This document shows, one piece after another, positions 26,333 to 38,314 of a DNA stretch of 59,195 nucleotides. Each line of letters starts with the position of its first letter. Position 1 is the first letter of the stretch. The stretch is from NCBI GenBank assembly GCA_018398765.1, contig JAHBMJ010000014.1, positions 1 to 59,195 on the forward strand, written 5' to 3'. The notes beneath the pieces are model-generated. The model was not told the origin of the DNA. It saw only the letters and a list, made by a program, of their open reading frames with translations, and searched no databases. The translations under genes were made by a program, and so were the position numbers. The DNA comes from Chromera velia. Taxonomy: Eukaryota.

Positions 26333-26999
26333 ATGAAGAAGACCTGTTCGCTCATGGAGAGAGACACAGGAATCTGACTTCTGTTGTTGTTGTTGTAAGA
26401 ATGGGGGTTGTTGAAAGGAAAACCTCGAGGGAAAAGGAAAACCGTCACAGAATGACCTGCCGTTTTGGGGGGTGACGCGACTCCTTATTATTATATGCTT
26501 GGTTTTTTTGTCTGCATGCACACGTGTTGCACTGGCACAAGACAGAGCACACGCCGGCGCGCTGTCTCCATGGAGGGTTGAGAAGAGGCTAGCTCGGTTG
26601 GGCTCGGTTAATTTTCCAGTCAGCAAGCAATTGCACGAGGATGTGACCTGGATGTCCGTCCTAGCTGCTGCTGGAAGAAGCGAGCGAAGCAAGTTGCGAC
26701 CTTGATCCAAGCCTGCATGGAGAGAGCGTGTGTGGATGAATCGTGTCAACATTGAGCGGTTGCGTGATCAGGTTGACAGATTCAAGACACATGGTTGATG
26801 AGAGCCTCAGATCAAGAGGAGCAGGGCCATATGCAGAATTGGTGCGGCATTGGTGCCTGCGTCTCTCGATCTTTCGGTCTTCGCCATCTCTCTCTGTGAA
26901 GTTTGTGTGGTGTTTGTGTGTGTTTACATCTTTTTCACGTAGGACTGCGCGGTCGAACCCTGGTTGGAACCCGTTGAGAAACTTGTACAAGCTAAGACA

Positions 27000-27860
27000 A
27001 GTTAAAAAACACTTTCATTAACTTGAATACATGCGGATGAACAGAAACGACTACATGCCATCATCATTTAGCTCATACCAGTGATACCACTTTAATAAAG
27101 TATTAGTCATATTATTACTTTTTTTTTTGCAATTCAAAAACACTTGTATTTAGTTTTAAACTAATATTATTCAGTTTTTCATACATTTTTTTGTATTACA
27201 TTTTTTTTTATCACAAACCTAGTCATATAAGCTCAGGATTGTATCATACTAAATTTAATTCATTGTAGTAAAATAAATAAAAATAAATTATAAATGCAAC
27301 TAATCAAAATACTTTATACAAACTTTCCTTTTTAAACAAAAAACATAATCAATGAAGTTATAAATCATAGACTGATTCACAGTTTAAAGCTTATAACCTT
27401 AAATTGCTGATCATCTAATTAATTGATAAGAATTAACTCCTAAAGACTTTATCATACAAGCTCTTTCTTAGAAAATAGAAGATATCTATGCACGATAGTG
27501 TACATAACTAAAGGGGGGGGCATTGACTTAAAGTTTGTTCCTAGCATCTGGCCTATGCGTCTTTCGTCTCTTCCTTCTGTCCTGGTTACTGCTCTCGCTG
27601 CTAGCTCTCTCTCTCATGCGCCTCTTACTTGACGTTCCTCCATCCGAATGCCTTCTTCGGCATTTGCTAAGTACTTCCTATCCCTGAGTCATGACCAGCG
27701 CACTGCCTATTCCGTGTACACAACTAAGACTTCAAAATCTAAAAAATCTACCTTCAACTTTAGAAATTTAACTTTAATTTATAATTGGCTAGATAAGTAA
27801 GTATAAAATATTTCCTACCACATGACCATATAAAATTTTTGTTTTTCAAAGTTGACTCTG
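27000..27860. other. AT/TpA-rich non-coding island, probable decayed repeat
   Basis: Abrupt composition shift, no ORFs in the track, and frequent TA/CTAG/TATA that are rare in the flanking genes. Confidence 0.6.
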
Positions 27861-27868
27861 CGAGTTGA

Positions 27869-30096
27869 TCACAGATCATATCTTCTTTTAATTTCAATCA
27901 TCGGAGAAGGCACTTGCTGGGCGATCCCCGTTTCTTCATTTTGATCAAAGTGGGAGATCTTGACTCCTCCTTCGGTCTCTCTGACGACCTGAGCAGTGGA
28001 GAGGGGCCCTGTGAGACCAGCCACCTTCCCCCATACAGGGTGGAGTCTGTACCTGGCAGCAATACGGAGGCCAAAGTATCGGAGCAGAACATCTCTGCAA
28101 ATAGAGCAAACAGGAAAATCGAGTCTCGGAAAGTCGGATGGAGCCATGCATCAATACCATGGGTTTCTCGATGCAGCGCAGAATGAATCAAGGAAATAGC
28201 CGTAAGCGCGTAAAGAGACATGCTGCAGCGCTGGAAGAGACACCAATTTAAAGGAAGGAGCAATGAAACCCGACAGAAACGGACACAAAAGCCTGAAAAG
28301 GACAGGACGCTTGACCTTGGAATGCATCAAAGTGCGATAAACGGCCCACATAGAAACGAAGAAAACACCAACTGACCGTACTGTCAGCATTCGAAAGTTT
28401 TGATAGAAAGTTGCATCAAAGCAGCTGAAGACGACGGCCACCATTTCCACCAGCATCGTCAATCTTCGCCACACTTCTTCCAAAGTGAACGCAAATCTGT
28501 ACTCATTCAGAGACATGTGCACCCAAAGAGGCTGCACTACCACCTGACTCTGCGCCCCCCCCGCTTTGGGGAGCAGACTGCTCTTCTCGCGTGGCTGAGG
28601 CACTAACCCGCCCCCTTGTTTTTGGGCGCCTTGCTTTGCCCTTTCGGCAACGTCCATCTTGACTGACAACTGCATTGCAGACCTTCGAGACTTTGCCAAC
28701 CCACCCCCCTGTACAGGTCCAGAGGGCGGTGTGGTCCCACTCGTCGGGGTGTGTTTGCCCTGAATGTGCTGTGCGTCCTCCCCTCCAGAGGTCCTTCGTG
28801 CATTTCCTGCTAACATCGACAACCGTCTACCGATAGAGGACCTCTTCATCACAGAGGGTGTCGGGACGTCCGCCTCTCCTGCAATGTCGCGAATGTGGTC
28901 CATTGTCGCAAAGGAAAATCCCGCTGGCGTCTCCCCTTCTGGCAACACGGTCCGATCAAGCGCATCCTCCCAATAGGAGAACAGAGGGCAATTACAGATC
29001 AGGCAACAGAAGATACCATACACAGCAGCCGCACCGTCATTCCACATCCCCTCCCACTGCTTCTGAAGGGACGACTCGAGCCCCGTCCTGCGAGCCCGCA
29101 GTCCCGGATTGGCCAGTTGAAGCCAGTCCTTGATGGGTAGTCTCTTTCCGGGGCCACTTCCAAAGGCAGACAGTCGGGAAGACATCTGAGCCTCGGTCTC
29201 CTCAGGCACCGACTGACCCCCTCCACCACCCGATGCGGGCCCCCCCGCTGGAGGGCCCTTCCCGGGAGCCCAGATACTCACCTTCCGGGGTGATAGCGCT
29301 CCGGGGGGACGGGGGGAAACACCTCCCCCACCCCCCTCAGTTGCCATGGACCCCCTCGCCGTTTGGATTTTGGGTAGCCCCACTGTGGCCAGACTCTGCC
29401 TTGTCGCTGTGGTCGTCTTTCTCCGATCTGCCAGGGCAGAGGGAGACGAGGGATCGTTGGTGTCGACCCCCTTCGTGTCGTCTTGGGGGGCACCGACGAC
29501 GGAGGCCCTCATTCTCCTGACAGACTTGATGGAGGGCACGCGTCTGCATTCCAGAAGAGAAGAGAGGAAATTCACCCACCCGCATGCACACAAGGACTCA
29601 AGGCGAAAAACGCGAAGTAACAAGGACATTGCGGCTAGTTGTCTGCCTCCTGCTTGGCTTAGCATGAGTTGTAGGCAAATTAAGTGACGAACGGGGAGGC
29701 TGACTGACCGCGTGACTGAGTGATAACAGAAAATAGCCAATCTGCTTAAGTGGCTGTAGGAAAGACTGGCAGACTGACAAACAAACAGGCAGGCTGTCTG
29801 TGTAAGTGTCCGTTTCAATGACGGAGAGACAGACTGACGATCTGGATCCCCTCTGGCCTTCTTCAGTCTCGTCTCCCCCTCCTCCCGACAGTTTGGCTGC
29901 GAAGAACTGGAGTGCCGTTGAGCGTCTGCTCTCCCCTCCGGTGGAGGAGGACCCTCTCTGGCCTGTCTTCTCGGGCTCTTTCTTTCCAGGAGGAAGAATG
30001 TCGATCGCCATCTCTGTCACTGTCCTCTTTGCCTGTGCAACCGTCAGCTTTCTGTACTTGGCGATGCCGTCATGCTCTCGGATCTGAAATTGGACC

Positions 30097-30142
<46 letters not shown>

Positions 30143-30724
30143 CGGGGGACAAATGCTTGACAGAAAGTAAATATCATGGACACTTTTTGTCTAAAGATAT
30201 TCATGAAAAGCTTCAACAGGGGGGGAGCACGTTCAATTGAGGGCAATGAGCACGTCCACCAGGATAGACGAGCGGAGAGGAGCCAATGAACTAAAAAAGC
30301 TGTAACACGATCGTTTCTTTCGAACTTCGACGTTCCCTCCCTGCCCTGCAAGAAAGGACAGGACAGGGCAGGGCAGGAAAAGACAGAGAGACAGACCTGG
30401 ACTGCTGCGAGGACGTCCAAGAGGCCGCACACAACCTCCGAGATGGAGGGAAACGAGGGGCCAAGCTCATCGACCAGAAGTCCCACCGGCTCGCTGTAAT
30501 ACCTGTGTGATCACAAACACATGGTCAGGTGCGGACACATGCATAGGTTGATAGGTGAATAGAATTTCTTTTCCTTCCTTTACTCTCCTTGTCTTCCTCC
30601 TGTCCTGCCTTCCTTCAATCCATCCTTTCCCCCTCCTCGTGTGTCTCACGTTGCCTCTTGATTTGTGCAGAGAAATGGCGAACAGAGAAAGCAGAAGTGA
30701 GGACAGAAGAAAACTTGCTGATTT

Positions 30725-30756
<32 letters not shown>

Positions 30757-33205
30757 CCCCTCTCCCACCCACCTACCCACTCACTTATGTTCTTTCATGG
30801 CCCTGTAGAAGGGTGACCGTCTGAATGCCGCCTTGGCCGAGAACACCCCCAGGGATTGGATCATTCGGATCTTCGCCCACCTCTGCTTCCCTGTCTTCCG
30901 ACGGTTCCGGGCCTGCTGGACCTGGGCCACCACCCACTGGTCAAGTTTCTGCAGACAGGCATTGATCGGCAATTTCTGTCTGTATACGGACAGACATGTA
31001 CAGACACGAAGAGACGAAAGAGGGTGGAGAGACAGTCCGTGTATGCACAGTTGGAGACTGAAATGAAATAGAAGACACTGGCATGCGTGCATTGAAGGAG
31101 ATAAATCTGCGTCTCTTTCAGTGGACCAAACAGAAATTGATCAAACAGCTATTATTCTTATCGCGAACAACCGAGAGACAAACACCCGGCCTGGCTGACC
31201 CACCCACCATCTCACCAACCGACCGACCGCAGGCTTCCATGAGGACTTCACAGTCATCCTCAAAATTCGGACGGGCACCCCCACAGCCGCAGAGGCGAAG
31301 TCGGGCATCCCATCGATGTCGCACCGGGTGCAGTCAAAGAACTTCGAGAGAGTCCCCTCAGCAGAAGCGTCACTGCCTCTTGTGGGCAGACACGCCCAGA
31401 TCTCTGCAGTGCAGGATCAGGTCAGCCCATTAGATTGAATTGTATGAAAATGAAATCTGCCAGCTGGGACAGGAAGGAAAGCACCGTCGAGACAGCGCTT
31501 AACCAATGACGGCTGTATCGGTCGACCAAAGTCCTCAAGTGAATCAGCGGGGGGAAACAGACAAGGTGATCGAAAAAGAACAACCAGAAAGGAAACGTTA
31601 GTTTTTCCCTTTTTTTGAAGAGGCGACGCAGCCAATAAACAGTGCTGTGCACACATGAAATCTTTTGTGAGTTCCCCCGACTGCATGCACCGAATGACAG
31701 AATGACTGACCTGTGTCCTCAGCCACGACTTGCATGAGAGTGATGAGGGTGTTCTTCATCTTCTCTCGGGTTCTCGAAGGATCTGGAAGAAAAATCAGGT
31801 CAAACGCGCCCCTCTCTAGAATCTGTGAGGGGGGCTGGTCCCGTCCTAACCCATCGAGTCTCCAGGGACTTCCACTTCCTCCCCCTGGAGCTCCTGACGG
31901 CGTTCCTCTGTCTTTCCCAGCGTGTCTGCCAGAAAGAGAGTTGGCATTCGATATGGCATTTCTGGGAGTTGTGTGCTCCTTCACGGCCTCTGCGTCCTGT
32001 ATGCTTGTGCCTAGGTCCAGTGCGACTAGTTTCAGAGTCCTAGGATCAACAGACTCCCCCAGGACCTTCGAGTCCTCGTGAAAGTACTCTATGCAGTCTG
32101 CCGTGTAGGGAGCCACCTTCTCATCAACCAGACAGGTCACGATGCCTCCATACACAGCAGCAACGAGGGAACAGAAGGCGGCACCTGTCGAGAAGCCAAG
32201 CACGTTCTTGTGTTCCACGTTCGGAAGAAATCCGTCTGACACCTCTGTGCCTGCCTCGATCACCTTCCCGAGCGCGCGGTCTGCCGGCCAGACCAGGGGG
32301 CACTCGTGGGAGAGCCAGCCGGGGGGACGGAATTCTCTGAATGCAGCATTTGATTGACCAAATTCTTGATGGTTGGTTGGTTCAGAGGAATTAAGGGGAG
32401 TGCATGAGAGGAGGACAGATTCAAGTATGGAGACGGTGGACGGCATTTGAAAGTATTGCCCCCTTGGTCGCCCCACAAGAGAAGCACTGAATGCTCGTGT
32501 CGTCCAGTCATTCACTTCCTCACTCACAGAAAGCCCGTGCTGACAGACAGAGAGCCACGGGGGTTCACACGCATGGATGGGGCATGAGAAGATTAAATCG
32601 GCAGGAAAAATGGGAAAGAAAAGGACAGAGACACATTGATTGAGAGAAGAAGTGACAGGGAATAAAGAAAGAAGCAGGCGATTGGGATTTCTCATCGGTA
32701 AGAACGGCGCATTCATCGATTTGCATACCAACGGCTTCGTGACAAAGCCCCTCCCGTCGACTGACTTAAAATGAAGGCTTCTGCTTGTGCCATGCAGACG
32801 GAAGATAATCGAGACAATGTTCTCCTCAGCCTCCTTCACCTGCTTTTGTTGCTGGGGATCCTCTGTCCCCGGACCTCCCGCATTCGTTCCCTTCCCTGCC
32901 GCCCCACCCGGCATATTTGTCGACAGAAGCGCCCCCGCCCCAGACATTTCTTTCTTCGGGGCCCCAAACCGACTCGTGAGGACACTGGACCAGAAAACCG
33001 AGCCCGGATTCTGCAGAGGCCCCAGTTCCCCTCCGAAGACGCTCATATTCCTGTTTACCCTGGAATCCCATCGCGACCTTGTTTCACGAGAGTGGGAGGA
33101 GGGGCGGGACAGCTCCCCACCCCCTCCTCCTCCGAGGATGGTCTTGTCTGAGGACGCGAAGACAACACCCCGGGGGGGTTTCGTCGGATCCAGAAAGGAA
33201 GTCAT
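27869..33205 (-). CDS. Multi-exon protein: divergent METTL21/Methyltransf_16-like domain plus low-complexity and hydrophobic C-terminal region
   Basis: ATG at 33205 (MTSFLDPTKPPRG). Motifs LVWPADRAL, KNVLGFSTGAAFCSLVAAVYGGIVTCL, LKLVALDLG and AFDLIFLPD fall in the order of the seven-beta-strand lysine methyltransferases (VWxAxxxL, VLELGSGTG, LDWG, FDLIL). Hydrophobic stretches lie in ORF 28151-29818. The probable last exon ends RRYDL* at 27869. Confidence 0.65.
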
Positions 33206-33914
33206 CGGCTCACGCACGAACAGAATGTAGGGACTGTTTTGTTAGTCTCTGTCTTTTGTATGATCGACTGAATTTCAGAGCTTCCGAAGAAACCCTTGCA
33301 GGAACGTTTGGCGCTGAGTCAGACTGTCTCTATCTGCACAATTGCACTGATTAAACGAGTGAGGAGATTCTTGCTAGAGGTTTACGAAGGCGAAAAAAGC
33401 GACGGCAGGAAAGTGCGCTCCTTTCCGCCGTCGGTGTGTTGCAGACAGAGCGATCCTGTCCACTGAGTGAAATTCGCCTTCGCAGGACGTGCACCTGCAC
33501 AACTCAGTAGAAGTCCACTGCATAAGCTTCGACAAGCTTACATGCAGCTGCTGACAGTTTGGGCGAAACAGACAGTTTAGCCTGATGTAGTTGAATCATT
33601 CTTCAAGGTCAGAAGATATCAGAAGCATGCTGGCGGGTGGTTGGCGTGTCTGTATCGGTGTGAAAAAAAAAAGAACACATGCAAAAAAAATACCGATACA
33701 TGCATGCATGCACACATGCATGCAGACACAATCAATTGACTGACTGACAGATTTAATAGTCGAAGTTCCATTCCACATTCTTCGATCAGTCACCCTTTTG
33801 GACCGTCCCGTCAACTCAGTAGCACAGCAAGTGGCACGTTTCTGTGCATACCTACAGAGCCAAACGTCGGTTGACCTTTTGAACTCCCAGAGAACAGTCG
33901 AGAGTCTCTCCACC

Positions 33915-35814
33915 ATGGCGTCTCTGCTCAGGACCGTTGCTGTCACTGCTGCACTCACGATCTGCCTAGCGAGGTCCTCTCCCTCTTCCTCTCCCTATGC
34001 TGGTGATCCTCAGCTCGACGTCCAGGGCCTTTCTCCGACGGGGAGTCTCAAAGATCTTCAACCGCGCATCGCAAAGAAATACGAGTTTTTTGTCAGTCGT
34101 TTCAGTTTGCATGAATCTACATGTATATATATACATATCCATTCGTGCATGCGCTCTGTATGGATACATATGGACTGCGTGGACCGGAGCCAAGAACCAT
34201 CTTGTTACACTGACCGTTTTATGGAAGGACGACTTGGTGTGCGAGAGTTCAAACACACATGCAGCTCACCAACGGAACCTCTTCCGTCATTTCCCGTGCA
34301 ATCTTCTCGAGGCCGGATTTTCCTCCTGCGTCCCCATATATATCCCTTTTTGTTACACCCTTGGTTTCCCTTTATTCTTTGGCCCACCCCTGCTTTTGGA
34401 CTGCATGCATGCTGTTTCCTTCTCCTGGCCTGCCCTTCTTCTGAGACCTCCCCCCCGCGTTTTCATATCCACTTTCCCAAAGCAACCATTCATGCACTTC
34501 TTCACGCATGCGGTACCTGCGCAGGCCCGACTCGGGTTCTCTCCAGAGGAGAGTAGAGCGCTCGTGCTCGCAAGAAGGCCTCACGGAGACCCCTCAGGTC
34601 CCACCTCAGTCGCTGCAGCTGCTGCCGACACTGTGGCCAGAAGCAACCCCTCCCGCTGTTTCTCCACCCCCCCCCCAACGCAGACAATAATCAAAAAGGC
34701 GTCTCTAGGCGAATGCCACCCAGGCCTGGTGGACGAGAGGCAGCTTGGGAAAGGAGCTTTTGGGCACGTATCTGCAGTGAAGCTCTCTTCCGATCCTCCT
34801 CCCGAGGACACAGCGGACCTCTACTCAGGTCTGGAGGAGGGAAGGACCTACGCACTCAAAACCTTTAACGCAGGGGGGTGGATTGCACCCACGGGAGAGG
34901 TCGAATTTCCCGCAGCACTCGCGCTAGAGAGTGCTCTCAGAGAGATCTGCGTGGGTGAAGACGCGAGCAAGGATGGGGTCGGTCCGAAGGTCTATGGCAG
35001 CTGGATTTGCACGGTTCCGCCGCCTCTGCCGAACCAGTCTGAGAAGAATTACGCTTTCATTTTGATGGAAGAGCTTCAAACTTCCTTATTTTCCGCTCTG
35101 CAAGAGGCCGAGCAGAAGAATCTGATTGTGACCCCCGATGCGCAGAAAAGCGTTTTGGGACTGCAGGAAAAATTCTTTGCAGATGGGTACATCCAAGTTG
35201 ACAATCATTTTGGAAATTGCGGCATCGACAAGGAAGGTCGCATGAAGTTGTTGGACTTTGGGATTGTCCTAGATACCAACTGGAAGCCTGAATTACCCTC
35301 GTCAGAGCAAGACTTGGCGGTTCTATCGAAACTGCAGGCATCCCTGAAGTCGTATGCTGGCATTCTATCGTTTCAAATACAGAAAACGCCCTACTATAGG
35401 CACGGAGACCATAGCGAGGACAACATTGCAGAAAGCGTGTATGAAGAGCTGAATAAGTTGGAGAAACTCCGCGGGTACCAGTGGATGGCTCACGCAGCGT
35501 TTCTGCGTCGGGCCGTGTATCCCTTTCCTCCAAACAAACAGATGGGTGGTCGACTCGATTCTGGAAAAGCTGGTCTTGAAGGCTTCTCAACAACAGCAGC
35601 AGCAGAAGAAGAAAGAGAAGAAGAAGAACAACGATTGAATTCAGCCAAACGGCAGGGCGAAGGTGAAGTAGAAGAAGAAAAGTTGGAGCCGATCCAAATA
35701 AAAGTAGAAGTAGAGGAGGCAGTGGAGGAAAAGAAAAAGAAAACTACCCTTCAACTGAGGGGATCATCCGCAGGAGGATTTTCATATGCTTTCGATCACT
35801 TAGTTCATGATTGA
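33915..35814 (+). CDS. Secreted atypical protein-kinase-like enzyme (~488 aa, 2 exons)
   Basis: Exon 1 (33915-34091) starts MASLLRTVAVTAALTICLA, signal-like. A phase-0 intron joins it to exon 2 (34525-35814), which contains LGKGAFGHV, YALK, REI, IQVDNHFGN and LLDFG. Confidence 0.85.
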
Positions 35815-36745
35815 CATATAAACAATAGTCATATATAATACGTGCATATTACCCTTATAGCTTGTATACATTTAGCAATTTTAATAGCAAACAAGCAGAT
35901 TGCATGAGGGAACCCTGGGCTAGAGTCGCTCGACCAATGGCTAGACCCTGGGAAGATACTATTTTTGAGTCAAATTTGGACGAATATTCTGCATCGACTT
36001 TTAGGCCGATGCGGGCCGGTAAATTTGCAGATGTCAAGAATCAAGGGCCAAACAAACATTGGGGTCATTTAAAAAAAATTTTGTGACCGCTCTAGTGACC
36101 GTTCAGGTCGCAAAGTATCTTAGGGGGGGGAGGTTCACCCTGTGACTCACGATTCCTAGCACGATTCAGCCTTCGGATTCAGGTGACTTAACCATGTTCT
36201 TAACCGGCAGTCACACTGCATCGTGCACCGATGGCAAAAAATTGCCAGTGACTCAAATAAAACATAAATAATGATTAAACTTAAATAATTAATTGAGACT
36301 GATCGATCTAGACATTAATTAATATTATAATTGAGTTAATTTATTCCTTAACTTGAAAATTGTTCAAAAAATCAATTTTTTTTTTTAAACTAAGAAAGTC
36401 TGGAGAGACAGTATCTTAAGGATGTGTTTCATAGAAATTGTTTAAATTTGTTTTTTTCTGAATAAAATATTGATGATTATTGATGATGGCTAAGATTTAG
36501 GCTAGGATAATGATGAAGCTCTAGTAGATGACTTCGATGATATGAGATTAAATCTTAAATCTAGCAATACAAAATCTCAAGCCACTAGTAAGATTATATA
36601 GACAACCTATATAACGCATTCATGGCGGAGGGAGGAAGATTAGGAGGAATAATAGTATCTGGGTAAAATGACTTATAAACTGTTTATTGCAGGTTTTTTT
36701 TCTAAATATTGCTCGAAATATTGTAACGCAAAAGTTGCGACAAAA
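35815..36745. other. AT/TpA-rich island between convergent genes
   Basis: Composition shift, many CTAG/TATA/TTAA, no convincing ORF. Confidence 0.6.
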
Positions 36746-36760
36746 TGAACAGAACGCGAC

Positions 36761-38062
36761 TCACGGTCGGAGTTGATCAATCGATTCGTGTAAAACATAC
36801 TTGCCTACAAATCTGTTGCCCTTTCGAAGATTTTCCTCCGACCACATTGGTTGCAGGTTCGAGAAATGCAACCTTGCAATTTGGGTCTCCGGATTCGGTT
36901 TCTTTCCGTCCGGTCCCGGGAACTTTATGGGTGTGATATGATCGACGTGCCAGTGAGTCCCATAGTTCTCCCACGACATCCCGGGGTTGTTATGAAAGTT
37001 GTTCATCTCCAGGTGCGCCTTCAGCTGCTCAAAGGAACAGCCAATATACTGAACTGTACGTTTTTGATAAGCACTGAGAGAAGGATTCTTTATGACGGAT
37101 AGCTTCTCCCGAATCGAAGAGAGGTGTTTCCAGACGGTCCTTCGAGCTCCGTGAGTCAATCGAAATACTATGTCTTCTTGGTAGCGCAACCTTCTCTGGG
37201 TATTGTAACGCTGCCTTTTCTCTTGAAATGCAGGATTCTCTTTCTGACAGACTGCGCAGTGACCGCGCTGGCGACCATGCTCGCAGATTCCACTCCCTCC
37301 GCAGTCCCTACACTGACTGCGCCTGCGTCTGTGTTCACAAAAATTCTTCCCGCCGCACTCTCTGCAATCACCGTGCCTGCGACCATGCTCACACAGTCCT
37401 TTCCCGCCGCACTCTTTACAATACCTTCGCTGACGGCCGTGTTCGCAAATGCTTTTCCCACCGCACTCTCTGCAAAAACTTCGCTGACGTCCATGCACGC
37501 AAATTCCTTTCCCTCCACAGTCCTTGCACTGGTTACGTTGACGACCGTGTTCACAGATATACTTCCCACCACACTCTCTGCACTGATTGAGGTGGCGCCC
37601 ATGCTCACACAGTCCTTTTCCACCGCACTCGATGCAATACCTTCGCTGGCGGCCGTGTTCGCACATACTCGTCCCACCACACTCCCTACAAAAATTGCGC
37701 TGGCGTCCATGCACGCAAATGCTTTTTCCACCACAGTCCTTGCATTGGTGGCGCTGGCGGCCGTGTTCGCAGATATTTCTACCCCCACATTCCTTGCACA
37801 TGTGACGTTGGCGTCCATGCTCACATATTCCTTTGCCTCCGCAATCTTTGCAGTAGTACGCCTTCTTGCCGTGTATGCAAACGGCCTTTGGTTTTACTGC
37901 AGTTGTCGGAAAGACAGGGGCCGGTCCAGAATTCTGTGCTACATTCCTGCTTTCACCTGCTTCTTTTGCTTTAAATTTCTCCGGATTGTATCCCGGTGTC
38001 AGACACACAGAAGCCACAGGGGAGAACGCACGGCTCTGGAAGGCGGTATGGAGAGCTAACAT
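36761..38062 (-). CDS. Tandem zinc-binding repeat protein fused to C-terminal HNH endonuclease (433 aa from ATG 38062; open frame extends to 38425)
   Basis: Single exon. Twelve 18-aa xCxHGRxRxxCxxCGGxx repeats are followed by a basic helix (KRQRYNTQRRLRY) and YIGCSFEQLKAHL..GMSWENYGTHWHVDHITP..LHFSNLQPMWSEENLRKGN. The latter is the DH..N..N pattern of phage/giant-virus HNH homing-type endonucleases. Confidence 0.9.
   Translation of the reverse strand: MLALHTAFQSRAFSPVASVCLTPGYNPEKFKAKEAGESRNVAQNSGPAPVFPTTAVKPKAVCIHGKKAYYCKDCGGKGICEHGRQRHMCKECGGRNICEHGRQRHQCKDCGGKSICVHGRQRNFCRECGGTSMCEHGRQRRYCIECGGKGLCEHGRHLNQCRECGGKYICEHGRQRNQCKDCGGKGICVHGRQRSFCRECGGKSICEHGRQRRYCKECGGKGLCEHGRRHGDCRECGGKNFCEHRRRRSQCRDCGGSGICEHGRQRGHCAVCQKENPAFQEKRQRYNTQRRLRYQEDIVFRLTHGARRTVWKHLSSIREKLSVIKNPSLSAYQKRTVQYIGCSFEQLKAHLEMNNFHNNPGMSWENYGTHWHVDHITPIKFPGPDGKKPNPETQIARLHFSNLQPMWSEENLRKGNRFVGKYVLHESIDQLRP
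37235..37882 (-). repeat. Coding tandem repeat, 12 x 54 nt (18-aa Cys/His units)
   Basis: Exact 54-nt period from VCIHGKKAYYCKDCGGKG to ICEHGRQRGHCAVCQKEN. Confidence 0.95.
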
Positions 38063-38179
38063 CCAGGCAGAGTGAGGAAAGTTGGCGGTACCCGGGTAAG
38101 TAAAAAGTCCCCGCAGCAGAGAGGCGCGTTTGCTTGACTGAGGGATTGAGACCTCGGGTGAAAGGGAACGAAGGGACGG

Positions 38180-38314
38180 ATACCTGCCTACAACTCCGTT
38201 TCCCTTCCGAAGATTTTCATCCGACAACATCGGCTGCAGGTTCAAGAAGTGCAACCGCGTTATTTGAGTATCCGCCTTTAGCTTCTCTCCGTCTGGTCCC
38301 AGGAAGTTGATTGG
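38180..38314 (-). pseudogene. Truncated second copy of the HNH C-terminal tail
   Basis: PINFLGPDGEKLKADTQITRLHFLNLQPMLSDENLRKGNGVVGRY is 31/45 identical by hand alignment to the tail at 36797-36931. It lacks the upstream WHVDH motif. Confidence 0.85.

Noticed and set aside
37235..37882. 54-nt periodic array as a CRISPR array
   Set aside because: There is no repeat/unique-spacer alternation. The period is a multiple of 3, variation fits a protein-coding repeat, and no cas genes are present.
37124..38059. 311-aa plus-strand ORF and other overlapping frames
   Set aside because: These are antisense or alternate-frame shadows of the zinc-repeat gene.
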